The notes beneath the pieces were generated by a model. That model made no database searches. It was given only the letters and a program-made list of their open reading frames with translations, and was not told where the DNA came from. Of a stretch of 57,680 bases of DNA, positions 1 to 7,523 are shown in pieces (the first letter of the stretch is position 1; each line of letters opens with the position of its first letter). This DNA comes from a virus. Its lineage: Duplodnaviria; Caudoviricetes. Where the stretch lies: positions 1-57,680 of the IMG/VR virus record IMGVR_UViG_3300044859_001932; one strand, given 5' to 3'. The translations under genes were made by a program, and so were the position numbers.

Positions 1-526
1 GTTGTTCCTCTCCATTAATGGCTGTACTTAGAAAAACTATCTTTTCTTCTCCATTATAATCAACAACTATAACATTACTGGGGTAGATAATCTCAACTAT
101 ATAAGTTACATGTGTCATAAATACCTTATCAAAGAATTTATACTTTTCTTTAAGTATTTCCATTCCCTTTTTTGCTTGTTCTGAAGTGAAGGATCCTTTA
201 GTAGCAAGATGCCATTCATCTTGGTAATAAAAAAGTATACCTAAAGATCCGTCCATTTTTTCTTGTACATAAACATAATCGGCTTTAACCGGAACTTGAT
301 CTGCGACTTCTTCATAGTTAAAGAACTTAGAAAAAGCAGAAGCAATAACATTGCCCTTATCGTCTATTATTGTGCCTCTCATATTTAGCGTAACGTTATC
401 CCAAGCCTCGCTGAATTGGCAATCCCTTGAATAGTTGTAGATATCAAGAGGCAGAGTTGGATGAGGATTCTTTAGCAGAAGTCCACGCTCGATATAGTCG
501 TTCAGTATGTTTAAATCATATTTCAT
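1..526 (-). CDS. T4 Rnl1-like RNA ligase (5' part; runs off window)
   Basis: Manual translation from ATG at 526: MKYDLNILNDYIERGLLLKNPHPTLPLDIYNYSRDCQF...MRGTIID...FSKFFNYEE...QEKMDGSLGIL...ATKGSF. Contains KFFN and the EKxDGS nucleotidyltransferase motif I. Confidence 0.85.
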   Translation of the reverse strand, partial: MKYDLNILNDYIERGLLLKNPHPTLPLDIYNYSRDCQFSEAWDNVTLNMRGTIIDDKGNVIASAFSKFFNYEEVADQVPVKADYVYVQEKMDGSLGILFYYQDEWHLATKGSFTSEQAKKGMEILKEKYKFFDKVFMTHVTYIVEIIYPSNVIVVDYNGEEKIVFLSTAINGEEQ

Positions 527-528
527 CT

Positions 529-996
529 TTATAAGATCTTATTACCATTGTCAAGTTTTCTTTCTATGTGTGCTGCAATATCAATAATAGAATTGCTATC
601 AATCCAGTTGTAATTGACCCCATTAAATGTAACAGAGAAATCCCCATCAGTCCAATCATAAACAGCTGCATCAAACTTTTTAATTTCTGTTGTCTGTTTG
701 TTGATCTTATCTATTATCTTATTTAATATTTCGGAACGGCTTTTACCCCTCTTGCTCTTCGTTCCGAAATATTGTGTTCCTTCGTGATTGGCGCATCTCA
801 GCATAAGATTCAGTGTCTTATAGTCATTCACCTTTTTATAGTTGTCAATGATGTACATTTTTGCTGCTTCAACAATCGATCTGATCTCTGCTACAAATTC
901 GATATATTGAATCTCAAAGTTACCTTCTTTGTATTTTCTACTTTCTCTTATTCCTGAAAGAACTTTTTCTTCAGCTTTTGTTACGTCTACTAGCAT
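529..996 (-). CDS. hypothetical protein
   Basis: 155-aa ORF co-oriented with neighbours, promoter-like motif upstream. Confidence 0.7.
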   Translation of the reverse strand: MLVDVTKAEEKVLSGIRESRKYKEGNFEIQYIEFVAEIRSIVEAAKMYIIDNYKKVNDYKTLNLMLRCANHEGTQYFGTKSKRGKSRSEILNKIIDKINKQTTEIKKFDAAVYDWTDGDFSVTFNGVNYNWIDSNSIIDIAAHIERKLDNGNKIL

Positions 997-1051
997 AATT
1001 GGGTTTTATTATTCTACCGCAATTTTAAATAAATCTTTCGAAATAAAAAAA

Positions 1052-1852
1052 TTAAATTGGAAGTTTTACCTTACTTAAAAGACTATTTGAGACGTGTGTG
1101 TAAATTTCTGTTGTTTTAGAGCTAGAATGCCCTGCTATTTTTTGGATAATTCTTAAATCAGTTCCTGATTCTAATAGGTTAGTGAAAGAGGAATGCCTTA
1201 GTGTATGTATTGATGACCCGTCATCAATGTATTTTTTATAAATTTGCTGACAGCTTCGTATTGAATACCATGAAGAATTTTGCCCATTAAAAAGATAATC
1301 TGAAGGTTTATACTCTTTAAAATATTCTCTTAGCAAAGTTAAAACAGTTAATGACAGCGGAACTATCCTATCCTTTCGACCCTTTGCATTTTTAATGTGA
1401 ATTATCATTCGTTTGGAATCAATGTCCTCGATTTTTAAGTTTACGATTTCAGACACCCTTAGGCCAACCGAGTAGGTTAGGGTTAGTATAGCTCTGTGCT
1501 TAATGTTTTGTATTTTAGCAAGTTTGCTCTTAATAAACTCACCATCAATAACTCTGGGTAACTTCTTTTCCGATTTTGGTCTTTTAAACGAAACCTTGTC
1601 GTATTTCTTATCTAAACCAAACTTATATAAAAACCTTATAGCGTTAATCACTTGGTTCTGTTGAGAAACCGAAGTGAATTTATAGTTATCCAAATAAAAT
1701 TGGAAATCTTTGGAACTACAATGGATTATCTGTTTGTCATTAAGAGTATTAAGAAAATCCCTAATATGACACATATAATTGTCTTTTGTTCTTGGTGAGT
1801 AGTTTAAATATATAAACTTTTCTTCACAAATCTTTATAATTTTTTGGTTCAA
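1052..1852 (-). CDS. integron-integrase-like tyrosine recombinase (TTG start)
   Basis: N-terminal YSPRTKDNY and SQQNQVINAIRFLY, KKLPRV; catalytic set GLR(VSE), KGRKDR, HTLRH, AGH, TTEIY(THV). No IntI-specific insertion between YLF and HTLRH. Confidence 0.92.
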   Translation of the reverse strand: MNQKIIKICEEKFIYLNYSPRTKDNYMCHIRDFLNTLNDKQIIHCSSKDFQFYLDNYKFTSVSQQNQVINAIRFLYKFGLDKKYDKVSFKRPKSEKKLPRVIDGEFIKSKLAKIQNIKHRAILTLTYSVGLRVSEIVNLKIEDIDSKRMIIHIKNAKGRKDRIVPLSLTVLTLLREYFKEYKPSDYLFNGQNSSWYSIRSCQQIYKKYIDDGSSIHTLRHSSFTNLLESGTDLRIIQKIAGHSSSKTTEIYTHVSNSLLSKVKLPI

Positions 1853-1859
1853 AGTATTA

Positions 1860-1905
1860 ATTTTAAAGTGTTTAATCTATACTTGTTTATATATAATAGT
1901 TATGC
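1860..1905 (+). other. putative attI-like site (crossover G|TT at 1899/1900)
   Basis: GTTATGC at 1899-1905, 47 nt upstream of the integrase start, complementary to GCATAAC of the first attC-like site, with no hairpin before it. The left boundary is approximate. Confidence 0.6.
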
Positions 1906-2088
1906 TCAATTAATTTTTATTTTCCATTTCTTATGGTCTTTAATCAATTTATGACATTTGTGGCACACTTTAAAAAGCATCGTTAACTCGAATAAATAAA
2001 AATTAACTGTTACTTTTCTGAAAGTGTAATTGTCGTGGGAGCAATCATCCGTTGTTGTGAATGTGTATGTATTTGATTCTGTAAGCAT
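1906..2088 (-). CDS. cassette 1 ORF, small Cys/His-containing hypothetical protein
   Basis: ATG lies inside core site GCATAAC (2085-2091) and TGA abuts GTTATGC (1899-1905), so the ORF exactly fills the cassette. Confidence 0.65.
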   Translation of the reverse strand: MLTESNTYTFTTTDDCSHDNYTFRKVTVNFYLFELTMLFKVCHKCHKLIKDHKKWKIKIN

Positions 2089-2180
2089 AACAATATGTAT
2101 ATGTAATGTGGCTAATTAAATTTATCTGTAAATTGAAAGTATGTGCAAAGCCACACTACACATACATTCAAACGTTAGGC
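2085..2180 (+). repeat. attC-like site 1 (96 bp)
   Basis: GCATAAC-aat-ATGTATATGTAATGTGGCT...AGCCACACTACACATACAT-tcaaac-GTTAGGC. Confidence 0.85.
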
Positions 2181-2181
2181 G

Positions 2182-2586
2182 TTATGCCAAGACCGACTTT
2201 GCGACAATCCAAAATCCACCATAATAACCATTGTGTTCATTGTGGTTTGCCATTTGAAAAACGCCATTACTTGTTTTGACATCTAAAAATTGTACTTCGT
2301 GGTCGCCATATTCATCTTCCATATTTGGAGCATTTTTTAGCTCAAAATCTAAAAGTGTAGTATTTGCATATTCGGTCAAGTCGTCTGCTGTTACCATATA
2401 TCTACTTTCGCAACAACTTTGACCATCATCAAACATTTTCAATCCAGAACCATCTGTAAATTTGAATACCAACTCATTGTTTTCTAAACTTACTTTTTCA
2501 ATTACTTTTCCAAGTGCTGATTTCACAGCTTCAACAGTTTCTTTATTACCACCAAGAGACTGTATCATTACGCCTAATCCTAACAT
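2182..2586 (-). CDS. cassette 2 ORF, phage-type hypothetical protein
   Basis: 134 aa with QSCCE and NGYYGG motifs that I recognise from phage hypothetical proteins; stop abuts the core site. Confidence 0.8.
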   Translation of the reverse strand: MLGLGVMIQSLGGNKETVEAVKSALGKVIEKVSLENNELVFKFTDGSGLKMFDDGQSCCESRYMVTADDLTEYANTTLLDFELKNAPNMEDEYGDHEVQFLDVKTSNGVFQMANHNEHNGYYGGFWIVAKSVLA

Positions 2587-2642
2587 ATTTTTTAATTTTA
2601 ATTGTTTACAAATTTTGACTTCCTACCGAGAAAGGCACAAAC

Positions 2643-2774
2643 GCCTAACATCGGTTTTGTGCAAGTGGGGCTGAACGATTAAATTCAACGGCAGTAATTC
2701 TATTTGGCTTTTGTGCTAACTTGAAACTTTTGTGTTCCAAATCCCCACCTGCACAAAGCCGTGAACCGTTATAA
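2643..2774 (+). repeat. attC-like site 2 (132 bp)
   Basis: GCCTAAC-at-CGGTTTTGTGCAAGTGGGG...CCCCACCTGCACAAAGCCG-tgaacc-GTTATAA. Confidence 0.85.
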
Positions 2775-2933
2775 CCCATTTTTGAGTTTAACCTTATTGT
2801 AGAGCCATAATTTTACTCCATTGGTAGGCTTATTTTTCCAATGTTCTTCAAGCAAATCAATGCTTTCTTTTGATACTTTATTCCACCTATGGAGTAAAAT
2901 ATATTTAACGTATGTTTTTAAAAAATCTATCAT
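2769..2933 (-). CDS. cassette 3 ORF, 54-aa hypothetical protein (not in ORF track)
   Basis: Manual translation MIDFLKTYVKYILLHRWNKVSKESIDLLEEHWKNKPTNGVKLWLYNKVKLKNGL*; the TAA stop is part of the core site. Confidence 0.7.
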   Translation of the reverse strand: MIDFLKTYVKYILLHRWNKVSKESIDLLEEHWKNKPTNGVKLWLYNKVKLKNGL

Positions 2934-2944
2934 AATAAAACGGG

Positions 2945-3077
2945 TTATAACAAAGTATATAAGTAAGTGGCTTTTAACTAGTTTACCCCTATCGGCATTT
3001 ACTTTCTCATAGTCCGTAGTACTCCGTCTATAAGCAATAAGAAGTAAGCCACCTACTCATATACTCAACCGTTATGC
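2945..3077 (+). repeat. attC-like site 3 (133 bp)
   Basis: TTATAAC-aa-AGTATATAAGTAAGTGGCTT...AAGCCACCTACTCATATACT-caacc-GTTATGC. Confidence 0.85.
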
Positions 3078-3146
3078 TCCATGCCTTAGTTCAGTGTTTC
3101 AAATTGAATTTTGTGATGAAAAACAAAAAGAATTTTCTCAACGCAT

Positions 3147-3707
3147 TTATAATCTTCTAATCCTTTTTATTACTGATGCATCCCAAATACAACCAGAATT
3201 TACATCAATAGTATTCATCCAGTAATATTCTTCTGATTTTTCATATAAATTTCTAACACCAAGTTCTTCATAATTTGGAAACTCAATACCTTTATATTCT
3301 TTTGAAACTAAATCCCAATTAATATTGTGTGGATAATTTTGACGTGTACTATATTTTTTTGTAAACTCTTTAAATAAATCTTCTGTATTCAGAATGATAA
3401 TTTCACTCAAATCAAAATATAATTTATAAACATAAACCTCACTATTCATCACACCCTTTAACGGTACGTTTTCCCCAGTGTCCCAAGTAACACCATGTTT
3501 TTTAAAATTAATCCAATTATCACCAAATCCATACCATAAACCAGAAGGTTTTCCATGAACATCTTGATTTTTAACTCTGATTTCAATTTTATCAATTGGC
3601 GTTTTACTTAGATGAATTCTTTCTTTGCTTCCTAATTCCAATCTTTCATTCACAAACTGTTTAAAGTTCTTAATTCTATCTATTTGTTCTCGCATTTCTT
3701 TTGACAT
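3147..3707 (-). CDS. cassette 4 ORF, hypothetical phage protein with capsid-targeting-like N-terminus
   Basis: 186 aa; begins MSKEMREQIDRIKNFKQFVNE; KPSGLWY and SGCIWD motifs. Confidence 0.85.
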   Translation of the reverse strand: MSKEMREQIDRIKNFKQFVNERLELGSKERIHLSKTPIDKIEIRVKNQDVHGKPSGLWYGFGDNWINFKKHGVTWDTGENVPLKGVMNSEVYVYKLYFDLSEIIILNTEDLFKEFTKKYSTRQNYPHNINWDLVSKEYKGIEFPNYEELGVRNLYEKSEEYYWMNTIDVNSGCIWDASVIKRIRRL

Positions 3708-3812
3708 AATATTTTCTTTATATATAAATATTAAGATTTAAAAAATCCACCCTAAAATTCTTTTTTTTTCGTGTTTCAAATCAACATTAGTACTTAATAA
3801 GTCGGCACGAGA

Positions 3813-3906
3813 GCATAACAAGGTGTATAAGAAAGTTTGCTATCAGCAGTTGTGGTAATTTGAAAGTTTATCCAAGCAAACCTTCTCATACACCCAATCG
3901 TTATAT
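3813..3906 (+). repeat. attC-like site 4 (94 bp)
   Basis: GCATAAC-aa-GGTGTATAAGAAAGTTTGCT...AGCAAACCTTCTCATACACC-caatc-GTTATAT. Confidence 0.85.
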
Positions 3907-3917
3907 GAAATGTTATT

Positions 3918-4226
3918 TTAGATTTTGAGTTTAATCATTTTACAAATCATATCAAATTCATCCATAGTATTACATTCACCATTAAACTTAACAGAGTGAT
4001 TTGGACCATCTTGGTTAAATCCATTATCTGTTGTTGTAAGTTTTACTATGTATGTATTGAATGAATGATTTTTACCATCCATTGTATATTCAGTTTTTTT
4101 AGTTTTTATATATAGAAAAGCACCTTGTCCATCATCTTTCCATACATCACCTTTTTCAAATTTCATTTCGTTGTCAAACTCAAAACTGAATTTCCAACCC
4201 TTTTGTTCAAAATCTTCTTTTTTCAT
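3918..4226 (-). CDS. cassette 5 ORF, hypothetical protein
   Basis: 102-aa ORF between core sites 3900-3906 and 4267-4273. Confidence 0.8.
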   Translation of the reverse strand: MKKEDFEQKGWKFSFEFDNEMKFEKGDVWKDDGQGAFLYIKTKKTEYTMDGKNHSFNTYIVKLTTTDNGFNQDGPNHSVKFNGECNTMDEFDMICKMIKLKI

Positions 4227-4266
4227 ATATTCTTCTTTTATTTGTAAAATCTAAAATAACACATTC

Positions 4267-4320
4267 ATATAACAAATGATAAACAACATTAAAACGATTG
4301 TTTATCATCGGACGTTATAA
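4267..4320 (+). repeat. attC-like site 5 (54 bp, minimal)
   Basis: ATATAAC-aa-ATGATAAACAA-cattaaaacga-TTGTTTATCAT-cggac-GTTATAA; perfect 11-bp stem. Confidence 0.8.
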
Positions 4321-4393
4321 GTAATAAATTAGTTCTTCTTTTGTTATTTGTATCTTTTTCATAATGTATAAATTTTAAAGTAACTAAATATAA

Positions 4394-4427
4394 CACAATA
4401 ATAAATAAATCTTTCGGGGTAAAAAAA
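4394..4427 (-). promoter_or_regulatory. putative early promoter facing the cassette array
   Basis: Minus strand TTTTTTTACCCCG...TATTATTG, a one-mismatch variant of the recurring T-run/CCG + TAnnTTTG motif. Confidence 0.5.
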
Positions 4428-4431
4428 TAAA

Positions 4432-5880
4432 TTAGAATCTTTTTAGAACATAAAGCTTTCTACTGGCTCTAGTATAGGAGGTATAAAGTATTCTATTTTT
4501 TTCAATTATATTAAAATTTTGATTTATGTCATCCTCCAGAACAAATGTTGTATTGTATGTGCTTCCTTGCGATTTGTGGGCGGATATTGCGTAAGCGAAA
4601 TTCACATCAGCATACTTTCTAAGGAAGTTGTAGTACACCAACCAGCTTTTATCCTTTCCTTTTTTTTCTATAGCTCTAAGCTTTAGAATATTAGCTAGTT
4701 TTTTAAAATCTTCTTCACTGTCCTCGTGTAAGATTTGTATATTAACCCTTACTGTTTCATCCTCGTCATCAAGATAGCTAACAACAGTTTCATAATACTT
4801 TAGAGTTATCGAAAATGGTTCGGCATCGGGTTGATCTGATATGTGATATCTAAGATCATCGCTACCGATAGTAAAACTATCCACACTGAATTCGTCGTTG
4901 GTGTTCAGAACTATTGACTCACCTTGAATGATCGGATTGTTTGCGATTAGTTTTTCCCCAACCAATATCTTTGATCCTAATGCTTCGTCTCCGTAGATAA
5001 CTTTACGAATAACATCATTCATGGTTGCAACAGTTTTATTTCTCCATGCAATGATCTTTGCATACTCAGAATCTTTTTTAAATTCATCGGTGACAAAATA
5101 GCGTCTTAGTATTTCTGAGAATCCTTTTCTTGTCTCAGGAATATTGAGATTAAGAAATTCTATTCCTTCACCTTTCTCATTTAACTTTGTAACGGGTTCA
5201 ACTGGATTTTTAGCTCTACCTAATTCAGATCTAATAGCCACAGATGATTCGATAATAGCATTATCTTTCTTCTGACGCATGATCTGTTTGAGATTAAGTG
5301 TTTTAATTCTATAACCTGCAGCCAGCTCTTCTCTAAAAGGAATACAATCGGGTTTACCTACTGGAGGAATCTGTGCTGGATCTCCCATGCAGATAATTTT
5401 TATTCTGTCTCTGTATTTTAGTACTTCTTGAAACAGATCATCATTCAGCATCGAAACCTCGTCGATAATAAGTAGCTTTACCGTCTTTATCTTTGGTTGG
5501 AAATCCCCCTGATTAACAAATTCCTGTACACCTTCTTTGGTTATCCTTTCGGTTAGGCCAAGCATTTTATGAATGGTTTGAAACGAAACCCTAGGATTTT
5601 TCAGCCCGCTGGTTTTTTTAATAACCCTCACTGATTTATTGGTTGGTCCTGTAACTGCTATTCTATACCAATTATGAGCTGGGTGTATTACCTCGAGCAC
5701 ATATCTAACAAGCACACTCACACAATAGGTCTTTCCTGTTCCTGCCCAACCCTTCAGAACATAAACACTATCATCTCCCTTATCACAGATGAAATCTCTT
5801 AAATCTTCAAAAGCTGTCTTCTGATCTGAGTTAAGAGATTCTAAATCTATTATTGGTTTTCCTTTTTTAACTTTAGCCAT
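4432..5880 (-). CDS. dda: Dda/RecD-like SF1B DNA helicase
   Basis: Walker A GWAGTGKT, TIHKMLG, IIDEVSM, GDPAQIPPV, AHKSQGSTY, YTRAS. Confidence 0.9.
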   Translation of the reverse strand: MAKVKKGKPIIDLESLNSDQKTAFEDLRDFICDKGDDSVYVLKGWAGTGKTYCVSVLVRYVLEVIHPAHNWYRIAVTGPTNKSVRVIKKTSGLKNPRVSFQTIHKMLGLTERITKEGVQEFVNQGDFQPKIKTVKLLIIDEVSMLNDDLFQEVLKYRDRIKIICMGDPAQIPPVGKPDCIPFREELAAGYRIKTLNLKQIMRQKKDNAIIESSVAIRSELGRAKNPVEPVTKLNEKGEGIEFLNLNIPETRKGFSEILRRYFVTDEFKKDSEYAKIIAWRNKTVATMNDVIRKVIYGDEALGSKILVGEKLIANNPIIQGESIVLNTNDEFSVDSFTIGSDDLRYHISDQPDAEPFSITLKYYETVVSYLDDEDETVRVNIQILHEDSEEDFKKLANILKLRAIEKKGKDKSWLVYYNFLRKYADVNFAYAISAHKSQGSTYNTTFVLEDDINQNFNIIEKNRILYTSYTRASRKLYVLKRF

Positions 5881-5885
5881 CTATT

Positions 5886-6131
5886 TTACTCTCCCTTTTT
5901 TAATCGATATAGATTTATAGCGATCACTAATATGTTCATTATTATTATAGGGTATGCCGACAAAAAAATTCCATATACAACAAACATTGAGCATGCTATG
6001 CTGTTTATGATTCTTAGTTTACTGAAATCCTTCATGGTCATTGAGTAAAGAACAACCAGCATTGATAGGTATCCGAATATTTCTATTTTAGTCATGGCAG
6101 TATAAAAGCGTTGGGTTATCCCGGTGAACAT
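5886..6131 (-). CDS. small multi-pass membrane protein (true start probably about 6095)
   Basis: Three hydrophobic segments, KLRIINSIAC motif. Confidence 0.65.
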   Translation of the reverse strand: MFTGITQRFYTAMTKIEIFGYLSMLVVLYSMTMKDFSKLRIINSIACSMFVVYGIFLSAYPIIIMNILVIAINLYRLKKGE

Positions 6132-6693
6132 CTATTTCAGGATATTGTGATTTGAATTTATTTAGATTGAAAGGTCCGGTTATGATATGAATCCCTCCTT
6201 TAGTTGGAATAAACTTCATCATCGGTTCCCTACCTGTTTCCCTTTGTAAATCCAATATGAGTTCTCTCATTTTATGTTGTTCCTCCGAATGGTTAAAAGT
6301 GTCGATAGAAATATTATCTATATCAACTATCCAAGTCTTATCCGGATCAGAATGGAATCTCCCAGCACAGGACGCAAAGGCGTTCTTAACTGCACGATAA
6401 TTTTCAGACATAATATGTTCTACTGTTATCTTTAAAACTTGCATAGCGACCTTCTTAGCATCCCTACGATTAAGTCTAAAGTATGCTCTGGCATTCTCTG
6501 AGTCACATTGATCTATGATTCTTTGTTTTATGCTATCAAACTGTTCCAGACTATAGATATAGTAGTCCGCAATGTGTATCATATCCTTCCCTAGATCAGG
6601 ATTATCCTTTCTCCTTTTAAGTACTTGTAGAAAATAGAAAGCGTTCTCGTCAGGAAAGCTTAGAATTTTTCTTATGAGATCAAAATTGTTCAT
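6088..6693 (-). CDS. conserved phage hypothetical protein
   Basis: 201 aa; RRKDNP, WIVDID, TKGGIHII motifs (loosely prim-pol-like). Confidence 0.7.
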   Translation of the reverse strand: MNNFDLIRKILSFPDENAFYFLQVLKRRKDNPDLGKDMIHIADYYIYSLEQFDSIKQRIIDQCDSENARAYFRLNRRDAKKVAMQVLKITVEHIMSENYRAVKNAFASCAGRFHSDPDKTWIVDIDNISIDTFNHSEEQHKMRELILDLQRETGREPMMKFIPTKGGIHIITGPFNLNKFKSQYPEIDVHRDNPTLLYCHD

Positions 6694-6696
6694 TTT

Positions 6697-6927
6697 TTAT
6701 TTAGTCTCAACTTTGCCATAAGTTTCTATCCAAACCTTGGCACCGCAAGAGAGCGGTTTATTCTGTGAATAAATTATCTTAGCAGCTGGGAGTCCGTCCT
6801 GTCCATATATCGTGACTTCGTTTGCATAAGTGTTTGTCTTATATGTCTTGCATGTGATAACAGGTTTGCTGTCCCCTTTAGAATTAGCCTTGATGTTATG
6901 CTGGTTTACGTGAATAATCGTTTTCAT
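6697..6927 (-). CDS. conserved phage hypothetical protein
   Basis: IHVNQHNIK and PLSCGAKVWIET motifs. Confidence 0.75.
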   Translation of the reverse strand: MKTIIHVNQHNIKANSKGDSKPVITCKTYKTNTYANEVTIYGQDGLPAAKIIYSQNKPLSCGAKVWIETYGKVETK

Positions 6928-6928
6928 G

Positions 6929-7294
6929 TCAGTCTTGTTTTACTATAGGGTTTCCTCTTAAATTTCTTTTTAAATTCTCTGCTCTTGATATTGCTTCAAG
7001 ATTACTTATGTCGTCGTTGTATCGATCTCCGTCAATGTGAATTACTATATGTCCAATAGGTATTTCGCCGTAGTGATTCTCGTAGATCTTCCTTGGTCTT
7101 CTAACTCTCTTACCATTTCCCTCCCACTCGTGAACACAGTCGCTTTTCATAACCTGTATTCCGCCTTTCCACGAAGGGTGTATTTCTCCAACCTTCTCTC
7201 TTGGTTTGAATTGGGTTTGCGGACTTGGATTAAATCCCTCCAGTCCTTTGTTCCAAGGTGTTGAGCCTTTCTTAAAGCACCCTTTATTTTTCAT
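6929..7294 (-). CDS. HNH endonuclease
   Basis: FKKGSTPWNKG repeat-type N-terminus; VIHIDGDRYNDDISNLEAISRAEN HNH core. Confidence 0.85.
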   Translation of the reverse strand: MKNKGCFKKGSTPWNKGLEGFNPSPQTQFKPREKVGEIHPSWKGGIQVMKSDCVHEWEGNGKRVRRPRKIYENHYGEIPIGHIVIHIDGDRYNDDISNLEAISRAENLKRNLRGNPIVKQD

Positions 7295-7503
7295 TTTTCT
7301 ACCAGATGTACATTGTGATTAATATCCCCGATAACAGCTACCTTTTTTAGATCTTCCCCTTGGATGTCATACCATCCATCAGAAAGCGGATCCTCTCCCA
7401 CCTTAACTGCATCAATTTTCCATATCGTGTTTTCCTTGCCGAAATAGATTGACATTGGCTCAAGCCATTGCTCATTTCTAGAGTCCCATATTTTTATGTT
7501 CAT
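7291..7503 (-). CDS. hypothetical protein (YopX-like N-terminus)
   Basis: IKIWD...VIGDI pattern; directly downstream of a promoter motif. Confidence 0.6.
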   Translation of the reverse strand: MNIKIWDSRNEQWLEPMSIYFGKENTIWKIDAVKVGEDPLSDGWYDIQGEDLKKVAVIGDINHNVHLVEK

Positions 7504-7523
7504 AATACATAGCTTCTTTGAAG

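Larger units (their letters stand above)
1052..4320. mobile_element. integron-like element: integrase + attI-like site + five-cassette array
   Basis: Integrase 5' end adjoins a GTTATGC site followed by five ORF-containing units, each closed by a TAAC...hairpin...CGTTA site; core sites are complementary across each cassette. Confidence 0.85.

Noticed and set aside
1052-1852. Prophage integrase marking a prophage boundary
   Set aside because: Phage genes lie on both sides with no host-like junction; the adjacent cassette array explains the gene better.
2462-3012. Plus-strand ORFs 2462-2674 and 2821-3012 as classical-orientation cassette genes
   Set aside because: They are antisense to better minus-strand ORFs, use TTG starts and run into the attC-like hairpins.
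2085-4320. Hairpins as intrinsic terminators or CRISPR repeats
   Set aside because: No U-tracts, long variable loops and non-identical sequences; the AAC/GTT cores pair across whole genes, which fits recombination sites.
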